DNA of 64,000 nucleotides from a virus: positions 1 through 64,000 of the IMG/VR virus record IMGVR_UViG_3300042319_002356. The stretch is one strand, 5' to 3'. Position numbers and translations under genes: made by a program. The notes below the pieces were generated by a model. It saw nothing but the letters and a program-made list of their open reading frames with translations, did no database searches and was not told the origin of the DNA. Shown here in pieces: positions 21,930 to 31,238 of the stretch; the stretch's first letter is position 1; each line of letters begins with the position of its first letter.

Positions 21930-22730
21930 ATGAAAGAAAAAAACCAGTCCATTCCGTTCAACCAAGAAGAAATCTACAACTATCTACGCGATTTGAGAAA
22001 GATAGATGTAATGACCCCCGATAGAGAAAGGGAATTATCTAAACAAATGCTTAATCCTGAAACTACGGATTTTGAAAAAAGAAAAATTGAACGAGAACTC
22101 GTTGAAGGTAATTTACGATTTGTAATTACTGTAGCAAAACAATACCAAAATCAAGGGTTAGATTTACCTGATTTGATTGCTGAAGGTAACATTGGATTAC
22201 TTAAAGCAATAAAGAATTTTGATTGGTCTAAAAACTTACGTTTCATATCATACGCTGTATGGTGGGTTAGACAATCAATTCTACAATCTTTGAATGAGAA
22301 CGCAAGAACTATCCGACTTCCAGTAAACGTAGTCCAAGAATTACAAAAGGAAAAAAGACGTGCGGATGAAGGATTGACAGAGATGAGTAGTAGATTCGTT
22401 AATCTTCCCTCAACAATCAGATTAGATAATACGATTAACGAGGAGGGAGATACTTTGGTGGACATTATCATTAATCATGATTCATTGATGCCTGACCATT
22501 CATTTAACAACAACGATGCAATGAAACAAAAGTTAGGTGATATCTTAGGTATTTTAGATGAAAGAGAAAAATGTATTATTGAAGATTATTTCGGACTTTC
22601 AGGTACACCAAGAACTTTAGAAGATATTGGTGAGGATTTTAATCTAACAAAAGAAAGAGTTAGACAAATTAAAGAGAAAGCTTTAAGAAAGTTAAGAAAT
22701 GAATCTGGAATCTTGTTTGATTATCTTTAA
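21930..22730 (+). CDS. RNA polymerase sigma-70 factor, RpoD-like, lacking region 1.1
   Basis: LVEGNLRFVITVAKQY, DLIAEGNIGL, RFISYAVWWVRQSI, TLEDIG...LTKERVRQIKEKALRKLR. Confidence 0.92.
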   Translation: MKEKNQSIPFNQEEIYNYLRDLRKIDVMTPDRERELSKQMLNPETTDFEKRKIERELVEGNLRFVITVAKQYQNQGLDLPDLIAEGNIGLLKAIKNFDWSKNLRFISYAVWWVRQSILQSLNENARTIRLPVNVVQELQKEKRRADEGLTEMSSRFVNLPSTIRLDNTINEEGDTLVDIIINHDSLMPDHSFNNNDAMKQKLGDILGILDEREKCIIEDYFGLSGTPRTLEDIGEDFNLTKERVRQIKEKALRKLRNESGILFDYL

Positions 22731-22768
22731 TTAATATTTATTAATATTATATTATAAAAAAATATATT

Positions 22769-23044
22769 ATGGAAAAAATTCAGAAATACCTACCAATTGC
22801 AACATTTGTTTTAGTCCTTTTCATTTTTTTGAAAGGTTGTGGAACAGGAACTCAAGTCAAATCAACTGAAAAAAAGGTTGAGTCATTAACGACAAAAGTT
22901 GATTCATTAACTAAAATTGTTGTAACACAAGATGAGATGATTGATGTTCTTCAAAACACAACATTTTGGCAAACTTTAGTGATTGAAGAACTTTCAGACA
23001 AAGAGCATATGCCGATAAATCATTACAGAAGTGAATCAAAATAA
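22769..23044 (+). CDS. Membrane-anchored/lipoprotein coiled-coil protein (possible spanin)
   Basis: Hydrophobic N-terminus ending FLKGC, short coiled coil; lies upstream of a TM protein and an amidase-like gene. Confidence 0.45.
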   Translation: MEKIQKYLPIATFVLVLFIFLKGCGTGTQVKSTEKKVESLTTKVDSLTKIVVTQDEMIDVLQNTTFWQTLVIEELSDKEHMPINHYRSESK

Positions 23045-23841
23045 TGAAAAATTGGTTTAATAATAATCTTAAAAACATAATAGTAACCGCCTTTGTAATT
23101 CCAATATTACTAGTCGCATTCGTATCTATCTCACACGTAACAACTTTTTATGAATTATCAAACCCAATTACATGGGCGGTTTATTTGTCAGTAGGAATTG
23201 AAATCGCGGCATTGTCAGCACTTGCCGCGGTTTCAGTTAAAATGGGTAGATTTGTATATCTCCCATTTTTTGTGGTTACATTAATACAGATGGTTGGGAA
23301 TATATTCTTTTCATTTAGTTATATTGATGAAACAGGACAAACATTTCAAGATTGGGTTGCAATGGTTGGGGGATTGTTTGAAAATATGGGAGTTGAGAGA
23401 ACAGACCTTAACACTCATAAAACAATAGTATCCTTTTTATCTGGAGGATTACTACCTATAATATCACTAACATTCGCTCACATGTTAGTTAAGTTCACAG
23501 AATCCTCAAAAGAGGAATCAACCACAGTTATTAGTGAAGAAGATATTATTGAGTTAAGTAAGAAAATTGGTAAAGAAGAGTATGATAACTTAAAAAGTGA
23601 AAAATACACACCAACGGAAGAAGAAATTGAAAAAATTAAAGACGCTTTAGATACATATACAGGTCCTTCTGAGGTTATTAATCCTGCAGAACCAATAAAA
23701 CCGACTGAAGAAGAATTAGTAAAAATTCAGGAAGTTTTAAATAACACAAAACCTTTAGATATTGTTGTTGAAGATGTTAATAATAATGAAGAGGAAAGTG
23801 GTATAAAAAGATTAAGATATACCAAACAAACCAATGTTTGA
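23044..23841 (+). CDS. Multi-pass membrane protein with acidic C-terminal tail
   Basis: About 4 hydrophobic helices in the first 150 aa. Confidence 0.65.
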   Translation: MKNWFNNNLKNIIVTAFVIPILLVAFVSISHVTTFYELSNPITWAVYLSVGIEIAALSALAAVSVKMGRFVYLPFFVVTLIQMVGNIFFSFSYIDETGQTFQDWVAMVGGLFENMGVERTDLNTHKTIVSFLSGGLLPIISLTFAHMLVKFTESSKEESTTVISEEDIIELSKKIGKEEYDNLKSEKYTPTEEEIEKIKDALDTYTGPSEVINPAEPIKPTEEELVKIQEVLNNTKPLDIVVEDVNNNEEESGIKRLRYTKQTNV

Positions 23842-24439
23842 TAAATTATCAATCAATAAGTTTACAACAAAATCTGTTTCTAAAAATAAGAAACAAATAA
23901 TTCTTTGTAATTCTTTCAGAAATTATTCTGATTATATTAATGGTCTAAAATTTAGATTTAATGGTAAGTACTCTAAATTACCACATTACATCGTAACAAA
24001 AGATGGTAAGGTTCTAAATTTTATGGATGACAAAAAATATTCAGATTTTTTTGAAAGTTTATCTATAAATCGCAATTCAATAATAGTAGTATTGGAAAAC
24101 TTAGGGTGGTTAGAAAAAATACCTTTAACTAATCATTATCTTAACTGGATTGGAGATATTTATAAAGAAGAAGTTTACGAAAGAAAGTGGAGGGATTATT
24201 TTTTTTGGGAACCATATCCTGAAGAACAAATAAAAAAAACCGCAGAATTATGTAAATTTCTTTTAGATAAACATAAAATTACAAACAGGTGTATTGGACA
24301 CAATACAAAAATTAACGGTATTGAAAATTTTAGTGGGATACTCTCTAAGAGTAATATTCATGAAGATTATACCGATTTGAGTCCAGCATTTGATTTTGAA
24401 CTATTTGAAAAATTTTTAGAAAATGAGTCAATACGATGA
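23834..24439 (+). CDS. N-acetylmuramoyl-L-alanine amidase-like (Amidase_2/PGRP fold), catalytic residues degenerate
   Basis: PHYIVTKDGKV, NSIIVVLEN, EEQIK, IGHN, DLSPAFD; first Zn-His and terminal Cys are not evident. Confidence 0.6.
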   Translation: MFDKLSINKFTTKSVSKNKKQIILCNSFRNYSDYINGLKFRFNGKYSKLPHYIVTKDGKVLNFMDDKKYSDFFESLSINRNSIIVVLENLGWLEKIPLTNHYLNWIGDIYKEEVYERKWRDYFFWEPYPEEQIKKTAELCKFLLDKHKITNRCIGHNTKINGIENFSGILSKSNIHEDYTDLSPAFDFELFEKFLENESIR

Positions 24440-25013
24440 GATTAAAAATCTATTAAAAAAGTCATCAGCTCTTTTTGGTGACCAAAAATTCCTAAAAGAA
24501 GAAAAACAATCTATTAAATCTAAACATGGTTTAATACTTGAGGCCGACGAGGAAAACGTAATTACTAAGACAAACGTTGCTCAAAGTGTTGAAACTGAAA
24601 TAGAGAATACTGAAAACCCTAAGGAGGATAAACAACAATCTTATAGAATATCAGGTGGAATTATAACCTTACACGGTAAAGATAAAACTGACTTAGATTT
24701 AACCACGGATGAAAAAGTTGCATTTCAGGAAACTATGGATGAGTTTGTGGAAGAGGTCTCTGATTTAGTGGATTTTGATAGATTGAATGTTTACGAGTCC
24801 AATGTTGATTGGTCAGGAAAAATAATTGATTTTGATTTAAATTTTTATTTTACAATAGGTGAAAATAATGGAGTTTATCTAAATGGGGAAATGATAAAAG
24901 TTGATGAAAACTTTACCCAACTTGTATCCAAAGTTCAAGTGTATTATGAAAAGTTCAAATCAAGATGGGCTAAAATTTTAGCTTCAAGAAAGAAAACTAA
25001 TCCTAACGACTAA
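24423..25013 (+). CDS. Hypothetical protein (putative head-associated)
   Basis: Acidic ORF in a coupled operon. Confidence 0.6.
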   Translation: MSQYDEIKNLLKKSSALFGDQKFLKEEKQSIKSKHGLILEADEENVITKTNVAQSVETEIENTENPKEDKQQSYRISGGIITLHGKDKTDLDLTTDEKVAFQETMDEFVEEVSDLVDFDRLNVYESNVDWSGKIIDFDLNFYFTIGENNGVYLNGEMIKVDENFTQLVSKVQVYYEKFKSRWAKILASRKKTNPND

Positions 25014-25023
25014 TTCTAAAAAA

Positions 25024-26103
25024 ATGGCAAATTCATTCAAAGAAAATTTAAGAAACTCAATGTTTAAAAACATTTCATTATACAGTGCAAAAGACCCAGA
25101 TGCGTCAAGTTATCAGGGAAGTTCATTTAGTGATGCGTTGAAGATATCAAGTGAAATTGGGGAGAATAAAAAATTAAATGCTAAAAGACAATTTTCAAAA
25201 GACTTACAAGACGACCCTGATTTTGCAGATTTCAAAGAGAGAGCGAAATACGGACCAACATCAAGTGAAACTTACGGTACCCCAAATGCAACATCTGACG
25301 ACCCATTCATTCAGAAAAGAAAATATAAGAGAGTTGGTAAGGAAGAGGAGTTAGATGAAAAATGGTCTAAAAAATACAAAGATAGTATTGATTGTAGTAA
25401 TCCAAAAGGATTTAGTCAAAGGGCTCATTGTCAGGGGAAAAAGAAAAAACAGATGTCTGAGGAAGTTTTGAAAGGAGGTAAGGCTGATAATAAAACTTTT
25501 GACGAATTAGTTAACAAATATAAAACCAAGGGTAAAGACATTAAAATAGTTGAGAAAGAACTTAAAAATCAACTTAACAAAGGTATTAATGTTGAAATGG
25601 AACATACCGATAACCGTAAAAAGGCTAAAGAAATTGCTATGGACCATTTATTTGAAGACCCAAAATATTATGATAAGTTAGAGAAAATAGAATCAAATGA
25701 GGCGTCTTCCACAGGGGGTTCTACAGGGGCATTTTCAGGACCAATAGCATTTGCTGATAGTCAGTTTGTAAGAAACTCTCTAAAAGAAAAACCTAAAAAG
25801 GTTGAAACAAAAGAGGCTACAGGTTCCGCATCTGTTGGAGCATATTCTCAACCATCAATTTGGGCGAAGTCTATGTCTAAAAAAGATTTTAGAGGTTATG
25901 ACAAACCAATACTTCCAGGAGGTAAATTTGTTACAGTTAAGAAAAAGTGTAAAACTTTTCCGTATTGTAACCAGGGTGATATTAAAGCGTTAAAGATTTT
26001 TGAAAATGATACTGTAAAGAATGTTATAAGTAATTTGGCTAAAAAACATAATTTGAGTGAAGAGTATGTTAAGTTCTTAATTCAAAATCAAATAGTAAAA
26101 TAA
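25024..26103 (+). CDS. Mosaic Lys/Glu-rich protein containing a DUF5661-like module
   Basis: KGINVEMEHT...AKEIAMDHLFEDPKYYDKL module and WSKKYKDSIDCSNPKGFSQRAHC module, both familiar from large phage genomes. Confidence 0.65.
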   Translation: MANSFKENLRNSMFKNISLYSAKDPDASSYQGSSFSDALKISSEIGENKKLNAKRQFSKDLQDDPDFADFKERAKYGPTSSETYGTPNATSDDPFIQKRKYKRVGKEEELDEKWSKKYKDSIDCSNPKGFSQRAHCQGKKKKQMSEEVLKGGKADNKTFDELVNKYKTKGKDIKIVEKELKNQLNKGINVEMEHTDNRKKAKEIAMDHLFEDPKYYDKLEKIESNEASSTGGSTGAFSGPIAFADSQFVRNSLKEKPKKVETKEATGSASVGAYSQPSIWAKSMSKKDFRGYDKPILPGGKFVTVKKKCKTFPYCNQGDIKALKIFENDTVKNVISNLAKKHNLSEEYVKFLIQNQIVK

Positions 26104-26138
26104 GTAAAATTCATTATATTTATATAAAAAACTGAGAA

Positions 26139-27644
26139 ATGAAAAAACCCAATTCAAATAGATTAAATCAAATTGAAAACGAATTGATTAATCGTATTAT
26201 TAAAGAATCTAAAAAAACAAAAACTAATGAATGGGACCAACAGGTCACATTAAGCCCAATGCCTGATGATATTTCTGAAGAAGACGTTGATGAGGGAAAT
26301 GAATTTTCAGGGGAACTTGAGAAAGCAAGAAAGGCTGGAAAAGATTCATTTACAGTTAACGGTAAGAAATATCCAGTTAAAGGTAAGAAGAAAATGGATG
26401 AAGGTTTATACGATGTTGAAGATATCAATCCTAATAATAGATTTGACTATACTGAGGAAGATGAGGGGTTTGTTGATGTTGATGAACTTTTAAATAGTTT
26501 AGACAGAGAGTTGGGAGAGGCCGAACTTTCTATGAAACAGAAGTTTATTGCTAAACAGGCTAAACCAAAAAACAAAATCGGGGCAAATGACTTTAAAGCT
26601 CTAAGAGATATGAAAAGAAAGGAGAACATGAATGAAGGCAATGCATTCGGAATGGCTCTTAAAAACGCTAGAGAAAATGGACAAACTTCTTTTGAACTTA
26701 ATGGTAAGACATATGAAGTTAGAGAAGGTAAATCTGACAAAAAGAAAAAAGATAACAAATGGATTCAAGATGCGATTAACAAACCAGGTGATTTAAGAAA
26801 GAAAATGGACGTTGAAAAGGATGAAACAATTCCAGCAAGTGAATTGAAGGCGAAATCTAAAGAATTGAAGAAAAAGGCTGAAGGAGATAAAAAATTATCT
26901 AAATCAGATTTAAAAACTTCAAAACAAGTTAATTTGGCACTTAATCTTAAAAAGATGAATGAATCTAAAATTTATTTAAGTGAAGATGAAGTAGTTAACT
27001 TAATTGAAAAATTAGTTGCTGAAGAAAGAGTTAAAGGTTTGGACGTAACAAATAAGAATTTAAAAGCGTCTAAGAAAGAAAACGACGATTATTTAAAGAG
27101 TGTCACTAAAAAAATGAAAGATTACCTTAAAGACGGTTCAAAAGGAGAGTATGAAGAGAATCCTAAAAACTTCCCAATGGGTAATGGTCAAATAGAAAAA
27201 ATGAAGAAGAAGGCGTATACTCCAAGTGAAGAGGTTGAAGAGTATATTGAAGACTTTGCATATCCTGGTCAAACTAATTTAGTTTTTGATGAGATTAAAC
27301 CTGACGATGAAAGAATTGAAAAACATTTGAAGGGTAATAAGACAACAGGAAACGCTGAGGTTGATGAAGAAGGGAAAGCTTATGGTAATGTGGTCCCAAG
27401 TAAGACAGGAGATAAGTTTATGAAGAACTATCAGAAAAATGCTTATGGTCAAGAACAAATGAATGCGTCATACAAGAGATATCCCCAAGAAACTATTGAA
27501 GTTTCAGGAGAAAATACAAAATCAAAAAGAAAACAAAGTGCATTATCTAAATTAAGTGAATCTGAAATTGAAACAAATAATTTAATTAAGGAAGAGTTTA
27601 ACAAAATTCAACATTTAATGGGTTATAATAAAAAAACTCAATAA
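26139..27644 (+). CDS. Lys/Glu-rich putative internal head/scaffold-like protein
   Basis: Highly charged; duplicated EGNxFxxxLxxARxxGxxSFxxNGKxYxV module; C-terminal LIKEEFNKIQHLMGY. Confidence 0.6.
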   Translation: MKKPNSNRLNQIENELINRIIKESKKTKTNEWDQQVTLSPMPDDISEEDVDEGNEFSGELEKARKAGKDSFTVNGKKYPVKGKKKMDEGLYDVEDINPNNRFDYTEEDEGFVDVDELLNSLDRELGEAELSMKQKFIAKQAKPKNKIGANDFKALRDMKRKENMNEGNAFGMALKNARENGQTSFELNGKTYEVREGKSDKKKKDNKWIQDAINKPGDLRKKMDVEKDETIPASELKAKSKELKKKAEGDKKLSKSDLKTSKQVNLALNLKKMNESKIYLSEDEVVNLIEKLVAEERVKGLDVTNKNLKASKKENDDYLKSVTKKMKDYLKDGSKGEYEENPKNFPMGNGQIEKMKKKAYTPSEEVEEYIEDFAYPGQTNLVFDEIKPDDERIEKHLKGNKTTGNAEVDEEGKAYGNVVPSKTGDKFMKNYQKNAYGQEQMNASYKRYPQETIEVSGENTKSKRKQSALSKLSESEIETNNLIKEEFNKIQHLMGYNKKTQ

Positions 27645-27671
27645 TATATATTTTTTTAAATTTCAAATTAT

Positions 27672-27701
27672 AATTCCCTAAGAGATTAGGGAATTTTTTT
27701 T
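27672..27701 (+). terminator. Rho-independent terminator
   Basis: aattccctaa-gaga-ttagggaatt followed by a T run. Confidence 0.75.
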
Positions 27702-28166
27702 ATGGATTTTATAAATTGGATATCAAAACCTGTGGACGACGAAGAACTAAAGATATGGTTCGGAGTTAATAATATTAATTATGAACGCTCTGAATTATAT
27801 AAAGATTTTTGTGTATCTCTTGTTACATTAATTGATGAAACGTATTTTGGAGATGTTGAAGAAAAGTTTGAAAGTAACATCAGTATGACTGACGATGATA
27901 ATCTAAAACATTTTGATTGGTGTTGGGAAAAAATCATATCTAATTTCAAAAGAGAGAATATTACATTTTCGCAGGAAGGAAGTCATAAAGTATACTTTAA
28001 ATCTTTTTTAGGGGACGTTTATTACAATCAAACAAATCAAACTGTGAGAAAGTCAGTTTCTAATTTTTTGAACGATATATTCTCAAGAAACAATGGTTTT
28101 ACAAAATCTGATTTGGATTTATTCACTGAGATATATAAGTTATTAGATAGTAATCTTGAAAAGTAA
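27702..28166 (+). CDS. Hypothetical protein
   Basis: 154-aa ORF with typical codon usage. Confidence 0.6.
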   Translation: MDFINWISKPVDDEELKIWFGVNNINYERSELYKDFCVSLVTLIDETYFGDVEEKFESNISMTDDDNLKHFDWCWEKIISNFKRENITFSQEGSHKVYFKSFLGDVYYNQTNQTVRKSVSNFLNDIFSRNNGFTKSDLDLFTEIYKLLDSNLEK

Positions 28167-28215
28167 CATTTACATTGGGTGTTAACTTATTATTTTTATT
28201 TAAAATAAATTATAT

Positions 28216-28404
28216 ATGGAACCACAAAGTACAATTGATTTAATCAAAACGTTGACAGAAGAAATGTCTGTTGAAGTTGCTAAGTTTCACAAGGGCAACA
28301 AAAGTGCTGGAACAAGAGCAAGAAAACACGCTCAGGATTTAAAGGCACTACTACAAACTTTAAGAAATGAAATTTTAGAAGGTAGAAAAAAAGAAAATGA
28401 ATAA
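28216..28404 (+). CDS. Histone H1-like (Hc1 family) nucleoid protein
   Basis: KGNKSAGTRARK...LK..L..LR matches the Hc1-like family motif seen in Bacteroidota and Chlamydia. Confidence 0.75.
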   Translation: MEPQSTIDLIKTLTEEMSVEVAKFHKGNKSAGTRARKHAQDLKALLQTLRNEILEGRKKENE

Positions 28405-28576
28405 TCTGTTCTTTTACTTTTTTATTTTTTCAATCTTAATTAATCTTAGGTATGTGTGGAGATTTATTATATCAGTAATCTCCACACCTCCTAAACCATT
28501 ACAAATTAATGAATTTGATTTTTACAAAATTGTGATTACATTTTCATACATAATAACATATATTTTTAAACTTTAA
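28397..28576 (+). CDS. Small 2-TM membrane protein (59 aa, not in track)
   Basis: Manual translation MNNLFFYFFIFSILINLRYVWRFIISV...IVITFSYIITYIFKL; fills the gap exactly. Confidence 0.55.
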   Translation: MNNLFFYFFIFSILINLRYVWRFIISVISTPPKPLQINEFDFYKIVITFSYIITYIFKL

Positions 28577-28577
28577 A

Positions 28578-29012
28578 ATGTATAAAGAACTATCAGACAT
28601 ATTCCCATATCTAATCTCAATTAGAAAACTTGAGAATTATTTATCATTAGATATTGAGTTTCCATCTACTTGGAAATTACCTAAAAAATACGTAAATCCT
28701 GAAACTACAGTAGAACAACCAGTAACTAAAAATGATGTCAGATGTTTTTCATTTGCAGTACAGTTTGACGAAACTCAAATTGTTCAGATTTTCCAAAATG
28801 TGAAAAATATTATTTCTTGGAATAGAGAAAGAGAATTAAAAGATAAACTTTTACAAGATAAAGTTAATGAATTGAAGACATTTTTTGAAAAAAATTCATT
28901 AGATTCATTACAACATCTACAATTTAACATCCAAAATAATGTTTCAAAATTAGAACTTGAAGATGAAGGAAAAGATATTGAACTGGTATCAGACGGAGAT
29001 ACAGAAGGATAA
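28578..29012 (+). CDS. Hypothetical protein
   Basis: ORF in a coupled run of genes. Confidence 0.6.
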   Translation: MYKELSDIFPYLISIRKLENYLSLDIEFPSTWKLPKKYVNPETTVEQPVTKNDVRCFSFAVQFDETQIVQIFQNVKNIISWNRERELKDKLLQDKVNELKTFFEKNSLDSLQHLQFNIQNNVSKLELEDEGKDIELVSDGDTEG

Positions 29013-29145
29013 CCAAGATTTGAAAAGAGAAAAAGATGAGTTTATCAAAAAAATTAAAAAGATTAAAAAGGATGAACTCATTAACCAAACACCAAAGAAG
29101 TTAACATTATGGGAGAGAATCAAAAAAGTTTTAACCAACACTTAG
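28963..29145 (+). CDS. Small basic hypothetical protein
   Basis: Ends KLTLWERIKKVL (amphipathic helix); overlaps both neighbours. Confidence 0.5.
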   Translation: MKEKILNWYQTEIQKDNQDLKREKDEFIKKIKKIKKDELINQTPKKLTLWERIKKVLTNT

Positions 29146-29354
29146 GAGAATTAGCTGAAGTTGCGGACAAAGTACAGAATTTATATAAAGGTAAATCAAC
29201 GATAGTATTTGAGTTGAGCCCTTTTGAATTTGCGACTTTCAAGGGTTTGTTAGACCCTAATAATCTTAATAAGGAACAATTTAAAATTGATATTTCAGGA
29301 ACTGAATTTATTTATCTTTTGGATGAGTCGTTGACCGACGATATAACATCTTAA
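29109..29354 (+). CDS. Hypothetical protein
   Basis: 81-aa ORF. Confidence 0.5.
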   Translation: MGENQKSFNQHLGELAEVADKVQNLYKGKSTIVFELSPFEFATFKGLLDPNNLNKEQFKIDISGTEFIYLLDESLTDDITS

Positions 29355-29949
29355 TATCAAAACCTTTATTTGTTAAAATACGATATAGTTCTTTTTTATG
29401 GGCAATATCTTCAGAATAACTGATTAAATAATCAGTTTTTTTGTTTTCTAAACAATATCTTTGTAGTTCATTTAAAAACCTCTTACTCTCAAAGTCGGTT
29501 TTACATGAGTAAACTTTGATTATTTCATCAGATTGGAATACGACTTTATTATTTATTTTAAAGACAGATTTCAAATCTTTATTTTTTGAAAATTCATTAA
29601 TTACCTCTAAGAAAGTTAGTTTCTTTTTATTTTTAATATCGTAAACTCTTTCTTCATATTTGAAATTTTGAAGTTTGATTATCATATAGTCAGTACCCTC
29701 AACCTTATGGTCAATGTTCCTACCGAACTCATCACGATATATTGTTGACGATAATTTACCACCTAATTCTAAAACTGCTATCTCAAATTTACACTCTTTA
29801 CCATTCTCAAATTCAACAGGAAAATATATGTTTTGATTTGAAATAAAATTGTTGTAGAATTTAAAGCAGTTGTCTTTACCAATAAATTTCTTTATTATTT
29901 TTTGTCTTAATTTATTTTTAAATAAAACTACTAAAAAATTTGTAAGCAT
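29308..29949 (-). CDS. Hypothetical protein
   Basis: 213-aa minus-strand ORF with no competing + ORF. Confidence 0.65.
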   Translation of the reverse strand: MLTNFLVVLFKNKLRQKIIKKFIGKDNCFKFYNNFISNQNIYFPVEFENGKECKFEIAVLELGGKLSSTIYRDEFGRNIDHKVEGTDYMIIKLQNFKYEERVYDIKNKKKLTFLEVINEFSKNKDLKSVFKINNKVVFQSDEIIKVYSCKTDFESKRFLNELQRYCLENKKTDYLISYSEDIAHKKELYRILTNKGFDIKMLYRRSTTHPKDK

Positions 29950-30892
29950 GAAAGATTATTATTCAATATTAGGCTTAAATGATAAGGCAACTGAAGAAGA
30001 AATAAAGAAAACATATCGTCAGTTGGCGAAAGAATATCATCCAGATAAAAATCCTGACGGTGCTGAAAGATTTAAAGAAATTTCTGAAGCTTATGAAACT
30101 CTTTCAGACCCTCAGAAAAAATCGGATTATGATAACCGTAAGAACAATCCATTTGATAATATGGGGGGTGGTGGTAATCCATTTGACATATTTAGCCAAA
30201 TGTTTGGTGGAAGAGGTCAAAAATCTAAAAGACGAGGAACCGATAAGGTAGTTAATATTGCAATCACAATTGCTGAGTCATACTTGGCAGTAGAGAAAGT
30301 TATTGATTATGTTAGAAACGTTAAATGTGACCCTTGTAATGGGTCTGGTGGGGAGAAACAACAGTGTAGTAGATGTGGGGGTAGGGGACAAATAATATTC
30401 AAAACAGGAACAGGATTTTTTGGTCAAGTTATGGCTCAAACATGTGACCAATGTCAAGGTAGAGGAGTGGTATTTAAAAATGTGTGTCAAACTTGCAAAG
30501 GAGGTGCCGCAGTTCCAAAATCTGAAAAAATACAAATTAATGTCCCACATGGTATTGATAACGGTGAATTATTAAGAGTGCAAAATATGGGAGATTTTCA
30601 GGATGGAGGATATGGAGATTTGATTGTTAGAGTTTCACTTGCTCAAGGAGAATCAATGTACAAAGAAGGTGATAACCTATTCTTTGATATAATATTAACA
30701 TTAGATGAATTAAAGAAAGGTGAGTTTGACGTGGCTCATCCAGAAGGTAAATTAACCATCAAATTGCCAAATACCCTAACAACCCAAACTCCGTTAAGAG
30801 TTAAGGGTAAAGGGTTTAAACGTAATAGTCTTGGAGATTTTTACTTGAATATAGATTTAAGTATTGATAGAACTCAATTAAACAATAATTGA
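29948..30892 (+). CDS. dnaJ: DnaJ chaperone
   Basis: MKDYYSILG, HPD motif, G/F region, four CxxCxGx repeats; start at ATG 29948. Confidence 0.93.
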   Translation: MKDYYSILGLNDKATEEEIKKTYRQLAKEYHPDKNPDGAERFKEISEAYETLSDPQKKSDYDNRKNNPFDNMGGGGNPFDIFSQMFGGRGQKSKRRGTDKVVNIAITIAESYLAVEKVIDYVRNVKCDPCNGSGGEKQQCSRCGGRGQIIFKTGTGFFGQVMAQTCDQCQGRGVVFKNVCQTCKGGAAVPKSEKIQINVPHGIDNGELLRVQNMGDFQDGGYGDLIVRVSLAQGESMYKEGDNLFFDIILTLDELKKGEFDVAHPEGKLTIKLPNTLTTQTPLRVKGKGFKRNSLGDFYLNIDLSIDRTQLNNN

Positions 30893-31023
30893 ATTAGTTT
30901 GATTGTTCCGTAAATACTCGTACCTAAAAAGTAAATTGAAAAAATAATTGGCCAAAACAGACTGTTCTTTAATTTTTCACAAGCCTTACATTTTTCTTCT
31001 TTCAAATTGATTTTGTTTTCCAT
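30874..31023 (-). CDS. Small membrane protein with CxxC (49 aa, not in track)
   Basis: MENKINLKEEKCKACEKLKNSLFWPIIFSIYFLGTSIYGTIKLIQLLFN; TATTTAT motif upstream on the minus strand. Confidence 0.55.
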   Translation of the reverse strand: MENKINLKEEKCKACEKLKNSLFWPIIFSIYFLGTSIYGTIKLIQLLFN

Positions 31024-31083
31024 ATTTGAAGTTTATTTATAAATAACCCATTTGTCAATTGATATTTTCATTATCTTTGTAAA

Positions 31084-31215
31084 ATGGAAAATGAAAAGTT
31101 ACAATTGAATGTACGGCACGTGGCACAGATTGTTAGACGTAATATGATAACCCGTGTAAAACCATCGGGTAAAGTGTATAAGCGTAATAAAAAGGTTGAT
31201 ATGATTAACGATTAA
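31084..31215 (+). CDS. Small basic protein (43 aa, not in track)
   Basis: MENEKLQLNVRHVAQIVRRNMITRVKPSGKVYKRNKK...; ATG 4 nt after TATCTTTG. Confidence 0.5.
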   Translation: MENEKLQLNVRHVAQIVRRNMITRVKPSGKVYKRNKKVDMIND

Positions 31216-31238
31216 CCTTATATTTTATAAAAAAAATT

